A stretch of 64,000 bases of DNA. Source: Cycas panzhihuaensis (lineage: Eukaryota; Plantae; Cycadophyta). Location of the stretch: contig CM041465.1 in the NCBI GenBank assembly GCA_023213395.1, forward strand, positions 5,270,001-5,334,000, read 5' to 3'. Under the pieces are notes generated by a model. It saw only the letters and a program-made list of their open reading frames with translations. It did not search any database and was not told where the DNA came from. Both the position numbers and the translations under genes were made by a program. Shown here one piece after another: positions 51,655 through 64,000 of this stretch (position 1 is its first letter; each line of letters opens with the position of its first letter).

Positions 51655-54600
51655 TTATTTGTTACAGCCCAGTTTGCCAACCAATCTGCTACCGTGTTAC
51701 CCCCCCTATAGGTGTGTTAAATCTGAACCTCCACCCTGGCTCTCAAAACATCCTGGGCATCCTTGAAAATATCTATGTTCTCCCAACCAGGGTCCATATC
51801 CCCTCTCAAGCATTTGATAGCATACATCGAGTCACCTTCTATTATCACCTTTTGCACGTCTGCCTCATCCAGAATAGTAGTGGCCCTCAGCATAGCCCGG
51901 ACCTCAGCTTTCTGGTTCGACTGGACCCCCAGATATTTTGCAAAAGCCCATCTCACATTGCCCTCCTGATCCCTGCAGAGGCCCCCTCCTCCTGCCTCCC
52001 CTGGATTGCCCTTCGCAGCACCATCAAAATCGACTTTTACCCAAGATCCATCCGGGGGATACCACTTGACATCTCTTCTCTTTACTTTGACGCCAACCAG
52101 GGGCACTATACCCCAGTCTTTAATAATATCCTCTTCCCTCCTGGGAATCCTATCCTCCTTAGGTTTAAACATCATTTCTGAGATGGCCTTTCTAATCTCT
52201 ATCGTGATAATCGTCCTTCTCTTTACCTTCGAATATCCTCCTGTTGCGTTCTTTCTATATGAGCCAAGAGCCTACCGGGAGGATCATCTTCCAGAGCCTG
52301 GATAGGGTTTTGCTTTTGAAAGGCAATGTCCAAGCTGCCCACTGCTCACATAAGGAGTTCGAAGAAACCCAAGCTATCCCTATCCCAGCCCAGATAACAT
52401 TCCAGATGCCCTCTGAATAAGGACAGTGGATGCATAGATGGTCCAAGGTTTCGGCATTCATCTTACACATCACACATCTATTCACCAGCTGGAAGCCTCT
52501 CTTCGCAAGGTTGTCCAGAGTAAGTAATTTATTTTGAAGGCATAACCACCAGAATGCAGCAATTTTTGGAAGAACCCCTAACTTCCATACCCCAACCAGC
52601 GTATCGTTTCTCTCCCAGCCCTCTCTGCTCATCCTCAAATCATAGCCCGTTTGGACCGAATATGAACCCGTAGATGAAGTGGGCCATACCAGGGAATCTG
52701 GGCTTGCCTTCTTTGGAATGTACTGTTTATCTAAGATCTCTTTCACCCTAAGGATCTCCTCCTCGAGACCGGACACCTCCTCAAACGTTCTCCACCTCCT
52801 CTCCTTTCCTTGCCCAACCTAGTAGTTCTTGACCAAAGTACCATAGCGGTCTACACATTCTCTCCTCATGGCTCCGCTGCTAAGCACCTCCTCAAGCTTA
52901 AAGGGTCCACACCATCTATCTTCCCAAAACCTTATGCTTTCGCTGTCCCCCAGCTTCCAGCGCATGCCTTCACGGAGAAGGGACCTCGAAGATCTGATAG
53001 CTCTCCACACCTGTGACCCTTCCAGATAGAGCCCCTCATCCAAAAGAAAGTGCTTATCCCCCAGATACTTCCTTACCATAATCTTCCCCTAGGTCGAACC
53101 ACCTTCTTTAAAGAGCCTCCACCCCGTTTTTGCCAAGAGGGCCTCATTAAAAAAGCCTAGTCTTCTTACGTTAAGACCACCTGCCCACTTAGGTCTACAA
53201 ACCTTGTCCTAAGACACAAGGTGAAATTTTCTTTTCTCTTCAGCACCTGACCAGAGGAATCTCTTCATGATTCCTTCCAAAGTCGAGATGACCTTATTCG
53301 AGATTTTGTAGACCGTCATTTGATAGACTGGGATGCTTTGCAAAGAAGCCACCGGCGGTGAATTTTCCTGACTTAGAAGGGCCCTTTCATCGGCCCGACT
53401 TCTGTTGAATCGCCTCCGAGTCCCACATCTCCTTGCCCATCCTTCCTGCAAAAAGAGGCATACCGAGATAAGAACTAGGAAGGGAACCTCTAGCCATCTC
53501 CAACGTTCTGTATATTTTACCTTGGAGTCTCTCTGGCGTGTTGATAAAAAAGGCCGAGCTCTTGTTCAAATTTATTTTTTGGTTTGTAGCCTTTTCATAC
53601 ACCTGTAAACCCAATTTTAAGGCTCTGGCCTCCCTCACAGATGCCCTGCATAGGAAAATATTGTCATCTACAAACTGATGGAGCACAATGTTGTCTAGAT
53701 TAGAGGAGGCTCTCAAACCTATTATCCTCCCTAACCTCTGAGCCTCCATCGTCGCCCCGCCTAACATCTCTGCCATTATAATGAACAAAAAAGGAGAGGG
53801 ATCACCTTGCCTCAATCCCCTAGATCCCATGAAAGAAAGGGCGACCTCCCATTTATCAAAGCGAGAAAGAAACTGGAAATCTGACACCTCATCCACTCCC
53901 TCCAAGTATCCCCGAAACCAAAAGCCTCGAGGCACTCCATCAAGCAATCCCATGCCACCCGATCATAGGCCTTTGACATATCTATTTTTATAATCATTCC
54001 GGCTTCCTTGCGTTGCATCGTCAAATGCAGAGTCTCATGAACTATTATAATGCCATCCGAAATTTGTCTACCTTTGACAAACCCATCCTGGTTTGGAGAA
54101 ATGATGTCCGGGAGATACTGCTTCAGGCGATTCGCCAGCACTTTAGCCAATATCTTATATTTAACATTGCACAGGCTAATCGGTCTGAAGTCTTCCATGA
54201 CTTCCGCTCCCTCCTTATTTGGAATCAGCGCCAAGAACGTGGCCTGCCATTCTTTCAGTATTGTCTACCTCTGGAAGAATTCGTTGAGCGCCTCCAGCAG
54301 ATCACCTTTAATTATCTCCCAATATTCCTGGAAGAAACCTGGAGGAAAACTGTTCGGCCCCGGGGCCTTGTCACAACCCATATTGAATAAGGCCCTCTCC
54401 ACCTCCTCCTGAGAGAAGGGTTCAGTCAGTTTCTTATTCTGGTCCTCATTAATCAATTTCGGTATATGATGTAAGAGTGCCTCCCTAAGGACGGGGTCCT
54501 GACATCCTGGCTCTGTAAATAGCTCCTTAAAATGTTCCATCACAATACCACCTATCTGATCCTCCGCCTCATATACAACCCCATCCCTACTCTGAATTTT

Positions 54601-55742
54601 AGAAATTCTGTTGTTAACCCTATGTCTCAAGGTGGACATATGGAAGAACTTCGTGTTTCTGTCCCCCTCCCTTATCCACTGCTCTCTAGATTTCTGTTTC
54701 CAGAAAATTTCCTCTCTCTCCAGCACCTCCTCAAATTTCCTAGAGGTCGAGAGCTCCTTAAGACCAAAGTACTGGGTTCTACCTTCCCTCAGGATTCTAT
54801 CCTTTATCCCCTTTAGTTCCTCCAGCAAGGCTCCCTTATGTTCGAAAATATTTCCAAAGACCTCTTTATTCCAGGCCTTAATTTGTATCTTGACCCAGTT
54901 GAGCTTCCTCGAAAATCTGTACATGGCGCAACCCTGTACCTGAATTCCCCACCATTCCTTGATCCTATCCCTCAAGTCTGGATGTTTCTGCCACATAAGT
55001 TCAAAGCGGAATGGCGCCCCTTTGAATAAAGCCGGGACGGACCCCTCCAAGATAAGGGGAGCATGGTCCGACCCAGCTTTCGGAAGGGCCTCCAGCTTAA
55101 CACCTTCAAAGTGACAAGCCCATTCATAATTTATTAACATCCTGTCCAATCTGCATTGTATGTGATTGTGCCCTAGTCGTCTATTGGACCAAGTGAACCT
55201 CGCTCCCCTGAGAGGAACATCCATCAGGTCACCTGATTGCACAAAAACACCAAGATCAGACATACTTCTAGTCCACCCCCCTTGCCCTCCTTTCTTCTCT
55301 TCTGGGCTCAGAGGGGAATTAAAATCCCCCGCCACCAACCAGGGGCCAGCCCAACCTTTATGGGCCTCCACCAAACCCTCCCATAATCTCCTCCTACCCT
55401 CGACCGAATTTGGAGCGTAGATATTGGTGATCCAATACTCCTTATTAGTCGATGTACTAACCAACCCAACAGTAAGGAAGTGCTCACTCTTACACACCTC
55501 CCAACCTTTCCATCTTTTGGGATTCCAAAGGGAGAAACGACCCTCGAGCCCACCGAGCCTCCACTACTCTTCCCTTCTCCGTTCCTCCAAATCTTTCTCA
55601 ACACCTCTACTTCCTTAAACTGCTCCACTTTTGTCTCCTGCAGGAGTACAATGTCAGCCTCTACCCTAATCCTAATCTCTCTGACCAATCTTTGCTTGGA
55701 TGGGGCATTTAGCCCCCTAATATTCCAAGAAAGGACCTTCAT
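51655..55742 (-). pseudogene. LINE-2 ORF2: APE endonuclease, RT, zf-RVT, RNase H; frameshifted
   Basis: MKVLSWNIRG, LLQETK, GDFN, RLDR, SDH, RGLRQGDP, HQFVDD, NRCVMC..ETLDHLCIHC, VKVDFDGAAKGNPG..EGDS..YRGGNTVADWLA. Confidence 0.95.
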
Positions 55743-55757
55743 GGGTACCGAAACCCC

Positions 55758-57438
55758 TCATCCTTTCCTACTTCTAAGGTTGGGGCCTTCAAGTGCACCC
55801 CCCTCTCTCAACGTACTCTGATACCCCATATCTATCTGGGCTTGAGTTTCTTTCTCCCTTATGGCCTTTCTAGGGGGTCTGCCCACCTTCTTCTCCATTC
55901 CATAATCTGGGGCCTTCCTTAATTCTGATGTGGAACTTTTTGAAACCCATTTGTGTGACCCACCCCCTCTGCCTGAGTCAGAAGCTCTCACCCCAACACC
56001 CCCTCCTCCTTCAACTATCGCTCCAACCTGGCTCTCCTCCTGGTTTTGGTCTTTCAGGCCCCCCTCCTCGGGTTCCAAAAAATAATCCTCTAAATCCCAG
56101 TTTATGTTCTTGGCTAGCTTGGCAAGTGCCTCATCAGTTGAGGCACGGATATCACCTTCCCCTCGAATCTGGCTTGGGTCCCCTGGTACCTCCATCCAGG
56201 AGGCACCTGCTTTCTCCTCGCCTTTAGACATTCCTTTTCCAGACTCCACTTCCATCGGTTTCTCACCCCCTACTCCTCGAGAATCCTTGATGACCACCGT
56301 TTCGGTATCTTTTTCCGTGGGGCAAACCCCAGCAGAGGCCTCCCCACCACCTCGCTCGCTGCGAGGCACCTTCTCAACACTATCCCCTTTCTCTTCTCTA
56401 ATGTCAATCTTTTCTGTTCTTCCAGTTTCCCCCTTGATATCTTCCTGAACATCCTCCCTCATTGGGATACCCGGGCACTGAAAGGGGAGATGCCCCCGGA
56501 TCTTGCACTTTGTGCACCTGAATGACTCTACCTCATAATATAAACCTTGATTAATGGACCTCCCGTCTGACTCCAGCTCTATCTCATCTAGGAGCTCACC
56601 ATCGAGCTTAGCCAGCACACAAAATCTGGCATTCATCAGTCTAGATTTATGTTTAGTGGCCGAATCCATAGCTAGTAGGGGCCCTATCATTTTGGCTATC
56701 CCTTTAACTGTCTCCGGATTCCAAAAATGCAGGGGGAGCCCCGGGAGTTAAACCCAAACTGGAGCTTGTTTAACCACAGGGCTGCCTGGGTCGAAATCCG
56801 GATGCCACTTCTCCAATGTCAAAGCCTTCCTCCCGAGCATCCATGGAGATTTCAACAGAATGGGGATCATGTCCTCCTGGCTTAAAAACCTAAACAGGAC
56901 ACACCCCTTAGGTAAAGCCATAACTTGGACAGGATTTCTGGTCTTCCATTTATATCTTATCCACTCCCTAATAGTGTCCAAACCTGGGACAAAACACCGC
57001 CTACCAAGCTGTTATCCCAATACTGGATGGTTCTTTCAGTAACTTCTTTTGGGATCGTTAGTTTATATCTGTTACCGGATTTAACAGGAGATATGTTTAA
57101 TTCATCTTGGAAAAAACTCAAGCACTCTACATAAATAGCAAAAGCTCACCATTCAGCTTGACTGTACCACTGTTTTCCAAAGCTTGGCATAAGTTGGCTT
57201 CTAGTTCCTCAGTAGAATCTGGGCTAACAAATCTGAGCCGAATCATCTGGAGCTCCACTTGGATCTTCAAAATCGAACAGCCACCATAAACTATCGTCTT
57301 ACTGTAGCCCTGAGAGTAGTTATGCATGTCAGTGTCTCCATTGTCAATCTTCTTTTTATCACTATTTACACAAGCCTGGCCAGCTGAGATCCCTTTGATC
57401 GCTGCCTCTGTCCCAACTCCTGGACGCCTCACCTCCAC
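55758..57438 (-). pseudogene. LINE-2 ORF1 (DUF4283 plus CCHC knuckle), disrupted
   Basis: LPKGCVLFRF..PWMLGRKALTLEKWHPDFDP; CTKCKIRGHLPFQC in ORF 55758-56690. Confidence 0.9.
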
Positions 57439-58168
57439 TATGCCATAGCATAGGGACTCTCATCTTTCTCCGCCTTTGTCAAACTCTGAGGCTCTCAGCG
57501 CCTTCCGCCATCGACACTGCACATTTGGGGGGCCACCCCCCCTCCTCCGTCCATGAAATCGACTCGCCCTGGCCGCCAGGAATCGTATCATCTCCGGCAC
57601 GTAGTAGGGTTTCGTCCTCCGGCACGCAATCGCCTATTTGATGTTCATTTATTTTGTGTTCATCCTCTAACTAAGTCCCTATCCTAAAAAGACATACATA
57701 TGCTAATTAGATAGGTTTCCAAGACACTTGGCATTCAACTTCAGGATATTATTTTGATATAAACTCAACTGTAACCTCTTATAGGTGTAAGAAGTAGCTA
57801 AATTTTACTCTTTCCTCAACTGAAGTCAAATGTAAAGTAGCTATTTACACCACTACAGAGTTGATTTAGCTCAAAAGGATTCTCATTGAGCTTGGACTTT
57901 AACAAAATGCACCTACCACTCTTTACTATAATAATCAAAGTGTGTTGAAGATGATGAAGAATCCTATCTTCCATACTAGAACCAAGTATATTGATGTCTA
58001 TCAGCACTTCATTTATGAATATATCCAAAACAGAGAAGTTGATCTCATTTATTAGCCAACGAAGGCTAGGTTATAGACATCTTTACCAAATCATTTGGCA
58101 AACCTATGTTTGAATATTTTTGACACAATATCAACATCAAATGTAATGAAGCTACTATTAAGGGAGGG

Positions 58169-58593
58169 TGTTAAAACTAATAATATCACCTTTATTATTA
58201 TGTAATTTAGACACACACACATACATACACACACACACACACATGTACACACATATAAAATGGTGTACATTAGGCATGGCCTCATTTATAATTTAATCAT
58301 ATTTTGTAAATATATCAAGTCCATTGCTTGTGTCAATATGTCAGCTAATTAGGTCCTTATAAATATGGGTAGATTACCTACATATTGGGTATTTTTCCTA
58401 TTATTTGTATATTGGATTATTGTTAATATAGAAGCTCTAGTGGATTGGAGCCTCATGAAATGGCTATTTTGCTCGTGAACCTTTGTACATCTCTATTTTA
58501 CTCTTGTGTGATTAAATATTTTATTATTTGAGTAGTTTTATTTTATATTTTGATATATACATGTAATATTTAGATCTTGGAAGAGTTTTCACA
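58169..58593 (+). repeat. 3' LTR of Copia F, with a (CA)n tract at 58211-58256
   Basis: Follows the PPT; aligns with 37204-37686. Confidence 0.93.
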
Positions 58594-58924
58594 ACATAAA
58601 TACAAAAATAAATAGTTACGAGAGAGGCAAGAGAGTATTTAAAGAGTTGGTCATGCAAGGTGACTAGTAGCACCTTATATATGATCAATATTACATGCAG
58701 GTTATACTTTGGTATGGGCATTTAGGATCCCACAAGTATTAGGCTTAGTACAAGTTATAACTAGATTCTAACTTAACTAAAATACATTTATAATATACTT
58801 TATCTTATAGAGTTGGTAAAGTAACTAATATAACTTTATATTTATAAAAGTGTAATGTATCCACATATATTTATTATTCAATTAATAAATATATCATTAA
58901 TTCTTCCATCATCCTTCCTTAATG

Positions 58925-61900
58925 ATGAGTTCATTAATTTTGATACCGAGGCCATGCTAAAACTATTTGAATTTTGTAAATTAAATCAATCTCACCATCT
59001 TGAACATGCTCCCTGATGAAGTAATGGTGAACCTTGATATGCTTTGTTCTTGTATGGAATACAAGATTCTTAGTTAACTTGAGGATGCTCTAATTATCAT
59101 AAAAGAAGGAAATAACTTATGTTTAATCAATACTAATCTCTTTAAAAATCCTTCTTAGTTAAATAGCCTCAGTAGTTGCATTGATAATAGCCTTATACTC
59201 TACTTCAATGGAGGATAAGGTGACATTTAGTTACTTTTCAAAACTTTAAGAAATAAAGGTAGATCTAAGGTTAAAGTAGTAACACGAGGTTAATCTACAA
59301 TTATCATGGTAACCAACCCAATCAATATCTATGTAACCTACCAAAGAAGGATTGTCCACCTAGCAACAATCAAGTTTAAACTAAAGTGAATCCCAAAGAT
59401 ATCTTAATATTTACATAGTTACTTTTCATTATGAAATCTTAGGCTACATTGTAACCTAGATCAAATCCTAATAAAATATAAAATATTTGGTTGAGTATGT
59501 GTAAGGTAAATCAATTTCTCCATAAGTAAACTATACAAAATGGGATCAATAGGTTTATCATTCTTATCAACATCTAACTTAAATCTAATCTTCATAGGGG
59601 TTAACGATGGCTTACATTCCTCCATTCTAAACTTTTGAAGAATCTCCCTTGTATATTTAGACTATAAAAAGAAGATGTGGTCTAGTTGTTGCCAAACTTC
59701 CATGCCAAGAAAATAGTAGACCAACTTGAGGTCAGTCATCTCAAAGCTACTATTTAGTTCCTTTTGGAGGTATTAAATCCACTTTATATCATTGCCAGTT
59801 ATGAGCAAATCACCAACATACAACACAACTAGAATGATCAAGTTGTTTTAGTTTTTGATATGTAAATTATGATCCAAAGATGAGTAGACAAGTCTATGCT
59901 TCTAAAAATACTCATCTATTTTCACGTACTAAGCATGAGGTAATTTCTTAAGGCCACAAAGAGCCTTTTTTAATTTGTAAACCAAATGTTCTTTTCTAGA
60001 ACAACATAGTTAGGAAGTTAATTCAAGTATACTTTTTCTTATTAGCTATTATTCAAAAATGTGCTTTTCACATCCATCTAGAAGACAAGCCAACTAAATT
60101 GAGCTATTTATACCAAAATAAGCCTCACAGTGGTTGTGTTAGTAACAGGAAAAAATATATCATTATAGTTAATGCCCTCAATCTATTTGAAATATTTGGT
60201 AACTAATCATTCTTTGTAGTATTGAATGGAGCCATCTGCATGAAATTTTATTTTATAAATCCAATGGTAATCAATTGGTTTCTTTCCATCTGGTAGCTCA
60301 ACTAGCTCCCAAGAGTCATTTTATAAAATAGAATCAATTTCCTCATTCATAGTTGCTTGTTGCTTTTGTTTTATAATAACTTCTTCAAAAGTGATAGGTT
60401 TAGGAGTTGATAATACTTCTACCATTAAGGCAAAATTGGTGGATGATATATACTTAGATTACCTCTTAGATTATTATTGAGGCAATGGAGTAGAAGAGAG
60501 CATCTATAAGTACCATTTAGAAAGTTACTTTAAAGTGACCTCTTCTTAAACATCTTTTGAAAGAATTATTAAAGTGGATGTTGAAGAAGAGGCAAGAGAT
60601 ATAGATGAAGTATCAAGAGTATATGATGAAGATAGAGGAAATTGAACTATAGGAACATTCTATGTAACAAGAGATGGAACAAGAGTTATTACATGTTGTT
60701 CATCAAAAAATAAAAATACATTCATATCCAAGTCCTAGTTTTCTTCTAAAAAAATAACTTCTTAAGATGTATATATTTGCCTAGTAGAAGGATCATAAAG
60801 TTTGTAGGCTTTCCAACTAAGCTAGTAGCTAATGAAAATATATTTTTTACTTTTGTCATCTAACTTCTTTCTTTGTTCTTTTAGTATAAGCATATATATT
60901 GTACAACCAAAAGTATGCAAAAATGAGACTATGGTTTTTTATCCTGACCAAGCCTCATTAGGTGTAATATTTAAAACTACCTTAGTTGGACCTTAATTTT
61001 TGAGATAAGTAGCAGTGTCAAGGGCTTCAACCTAGAATTAAAATCCTAATTTTTTTATAGTAATCACGACTTTGCCTTTATTAATTGAGGTCTAATTCAT
61101 ATGCTTAACAAATCTATTTTTCTAAGGTATGTAAGGGGTAGATAACTATCATTTGATTCCATTATCTTTATAAAATTGAATGAATTCTATAGAAATGTAT
61201 TTACCTCTATTGTTGCAATGAAGGATTTTGAGTGGCTTTCTAGATTCTAATTCAACATCGTGCTTAAATTCTTCAAATTTTTTAAATGCTTTTGATTTCT
61301 ACTTGAGGAAATAAACCCATGCATTATGAAATTAATCATCAATAAATATAATAAAGTAATGACAACCATGAAATGATGCTTAAGACATGGGACCATAAAT
61401 GTTAAAGTGAATAAAGCCCAATGTTTTTTAGCATGCTAGACTCTGCCTTTTGATTTGAATGGAGCTTGATGATGTTTTCCCATAGCACAAGCCTCATAAA
61501 TACATTTAGTTTGTTTAATATTTGGTAATTCTTATACCATATTTAATTTAAAAAATAAGTGGAGGTTGTTCATATTTAAATGACTGAGGCATTGATTTCA
61601 TAATTTGTAGTTTCAGAGAAATAAATGCCTTTGAAGTAGATTACTCATTAGTATTAGATGTGGAAGTAGAAGTTGTATCACTACAAGTGCCAGTATTATT
61701 TTACAAAAATATAAGACTTTGAAATTACATAAAGTTTATAAAAACCTTGGTCCTCATATTTGAAGGCAATCAAATTACCATTCAAATCAGTAATTAAGCA
61801 TTTTCTAAGGTAACTGAACAAGACATCAAAGTTCTATTTATTTATTTGTTTGATAGATAAAATATTATGTATCATAGTAAGGATAGAGAAAACATTATTA

Positions 61901-63115
61901 AGGTGATGTCTAATATTAGAATCTTTTAAAGATATTGGATCATTATTGATCTTAGTAACCTCTAAAATAATATCATCACTAAATGTTATTGATTGGTCAT
62001 GAACTAACTTTATATCTGTGAGTAGTTCTTTAGAACCTATCATATGATGAGAAGCTCTATAATCTATCAATTGTGATTTTTCAGAATGATGTGTTATCAA
62101 TACAATAATAAATAAATTCTATGAATTGGCCATATGGCCTCCTTGGTTTTAATTTTGATTCTATATGTGGTTGTAATTTCTATTCTATTGGTTACCCTGA
62201 GAGGCATTTTGCTGTTGCCTTCTAGGTCTGTGATAGTTTCCACATTCATGGTTCTAATTACCTTGAGTTATAGAGTAGTTCTAATATCATTGCTATTACA
62301 AATTAACTCTCTTCTTCTTATAGTCAAGTACAGTATGAGTAGGTTTTTTATAATAGTGACAAACAATCTGACTAGGATACTTAGGATGTTGCTAACATTG
62401 TTGATATGGATGTTTGTTTAAATTCATCGAACTAAACTATTGATTAAGGTATGAACATGGCTATTTCACCTTATGTCATATTACTAAGACATGAGTTGAA
62501 GAGGAGGCATCTGAATCTCTAAGTCTATTTAAAATACATTCCTCTTAAAGTAGAAGTCCTTAAAAAAGTATTAAAATCTAATGTGGCAAGATGATTGGTA
62601 TGAGACAAATTAGATATAAGATAATTATATCCTATTGGTAATACATTGACAATGTGAGATATCAAGTCACAATTATCAGGTGGCTATCCCATAATACTCA
62701 ATTGGTTCTTGATTAACTTGATTTAAGTTAGGTGAGCTATAATTGATCCTACATATGGTATGGATTAGAGTTGTGCTTTAAGCATGGCAACTCTTGCATT
62801 GTCATTGATTTTATATAATAGATAGATTATATCCCAAGATTCAATGGATGTGGAAGTAAGCTTAGTATTCTAATTAAAATTAGCCTCACAAGAAAGGTGT
62901 AGGAAAGAAATGATAACTTTATTAAAATCCTTAAAAGAGGCTAAAGCAATAAGAATGATAATACCAAGATCATTAAGATCTCAAGTTTTTTTAGGTATAA
63001 TTTTTTTTTAAGAAACATAAGCCCATAGTTTATTTATTATAAAAATGTTCTTGACTTATTTCTTACAAGCTAAGAAATTATCACTTCCTAATAATTTAAT
63101 AGTAGTTATAACCAT
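58925..63115 (-). pseudogene. Copia H gag-pol, highly degenerate
   Basis: MVITTIKLLGSDNF (gag start), LIDYRASHHMIG (protease), CEACAMGKHH, SWELVELPDGKKPI, MDVKSTFLN, FEMTDLK, FHTRTKHIKVH. Confidence 0.85.
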
Positions 63116-64000
63116 TTAAAGTGTTATTTTATCTTAAATATATGTCTTATCTACCTAAAGGTTTTCTAATATAGTATCTATAGTCTTAGTATCTCCTTGC
63201 CTAATAATTGTTGGTAGTTAAGATAGTTTTATCTAATGGTATACCTACTTATAAATGGTAACTTAGGGACCCTATATACCTAAAGGTACATGAATGCTAC
63301 TAAAGGCTTTGCCACCCCTCTAATGCTATTAATCCACCTACACTAAATTTACAGCTTGAATGATAAATCCTAGTCTAAGGGCACATTTTCAACCAAGGCA
63401 CTCACCCTCTTCAGGTCTAATCTGGTCTCCAAAATCTAAGGTTTATTAAGTATACATCTTAGTTTACCATTTGATATACTTTATAATTATTGCCTCCTCT
63501 TATAGTTCATAGAGTTCAAGGAAGCATAATAAAATATGTAGGAGTGGTACCTTTAGGGGTCCTAATCATTCCCCTTGTAAGACTGGTATCATAGGGTTAT
63601 TCAATTAGAAATTTATCTTTCTAGTCTTTTAAGTTTTTTAAAAATTTAAAGATTTTATAATAATTTTTTAAATCTATATAAAAGAAATATATCGAAATTG
63701 AAAAAGGCTATAAAAACTGAGAAAACTACTTAAAATAGATTTAAAAATGGCTTAAAACAAGCTAAAAAAGACTAAAAACAATAAAACTTTAGAATGAAGA
63801 TAAATGTTAAAGAGGGAATATATTATGGATATTTTGAAATATATAACCTAAGGTTTTAAAAATAATAAATAAATAAAAATATAAAATGATCAACAAAAAA
63901 TAGAGGTAAAGAAATTATAATACAAGTAAAGATTTTTTTTCATTGAAATTATGAAATTATAATTTAACACTAAAACTTAGGTCTAGATACTAAGAGGATT

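Larger units (their letters stand above)
51440..57668 (-). mobile_element. LINE-2 (plant L1 clade, RNase H-bearing), full length, youngest-looking element in the window
   Basis: Perfect 17-bp TSD AACTAAGTCCCTATCCT at 51423-51439 and 57669-57685; poly(A) seen as a T-run from 51440; GC-richer with CpGs retained; long ORF pieces. Confidence 0.97.

Noticed and set aside
51714-57289. Numerous plus-strand ORFs over LINE-2
   Set aside because: Antisense shadows of a GC-richer LINE coding strand, with no recognisable domains.
57600-57630. GGACGAAAC (minus) as part of a hammerhead ribozyme
   Set aside because: No CTGANGA core or closing helices found nearby.
62134-62421. Hydrophobic 95-aa ORF resembling a membrane or env-like protein
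   Set aside because: Antisense of the N/Q-rich gag linker of Copia H; wrong strand and position for env.
63583-63594. TGGTATCATAGG as a PBS
   Set aside because: Wrong orientation for element H and not adjacent to an LTR end; it lies inside the conserved leader block.

Overview
AT-rich plant (probably gymnosperm-type) intergenic heterochromatin made almost entirely of nested, decayed retrotransposons. No intact host gene, RNA gene or CRISPR array is present. Left to right: a chromovirus LTR (1-278); gag-only Copia-derived element A (to 4554); a 5'-truncated Reina-like chromovirus (7571-10580, -); a Gypsy gag remnant split by L1-type LINE-1 (11074-17097, +, 17-bp TSD); 5'-truncated Copia C (18318-22670, -) fused through an apparently intronless LRR-III receptor-kinase fragment (22672-23190) to a second gag-only element D (23221-25849, +); and a Tat/Ogre-like Gypsy carrying Copia E (27796-32895, -) and Copia H (36864 to the window end, -). 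The LTR of H holds Copia F (37204-58593, +), which in turn holds Copia G (40914-48497, -) and a younger full-length RNase H-bearing LINE-2 (51440-57668, -). The best leads are: (i) the kinase fragment acting as possibly RNA-derived filler at a deletion junction; (ii) a pol-less family (A, D) with a shared Gag-N-terminus plus unknown-tail ORF, whose LTRs are related to Copia E and carry a conserved intron-like GT-AG module; (iii) a covarying 3'-UTR hairpin shared by both LINEs; and (iv) Copia E with matched TSDs but discordant LTRs. None proves a new biological system. All coordinates and identities were read by eye, without tools.
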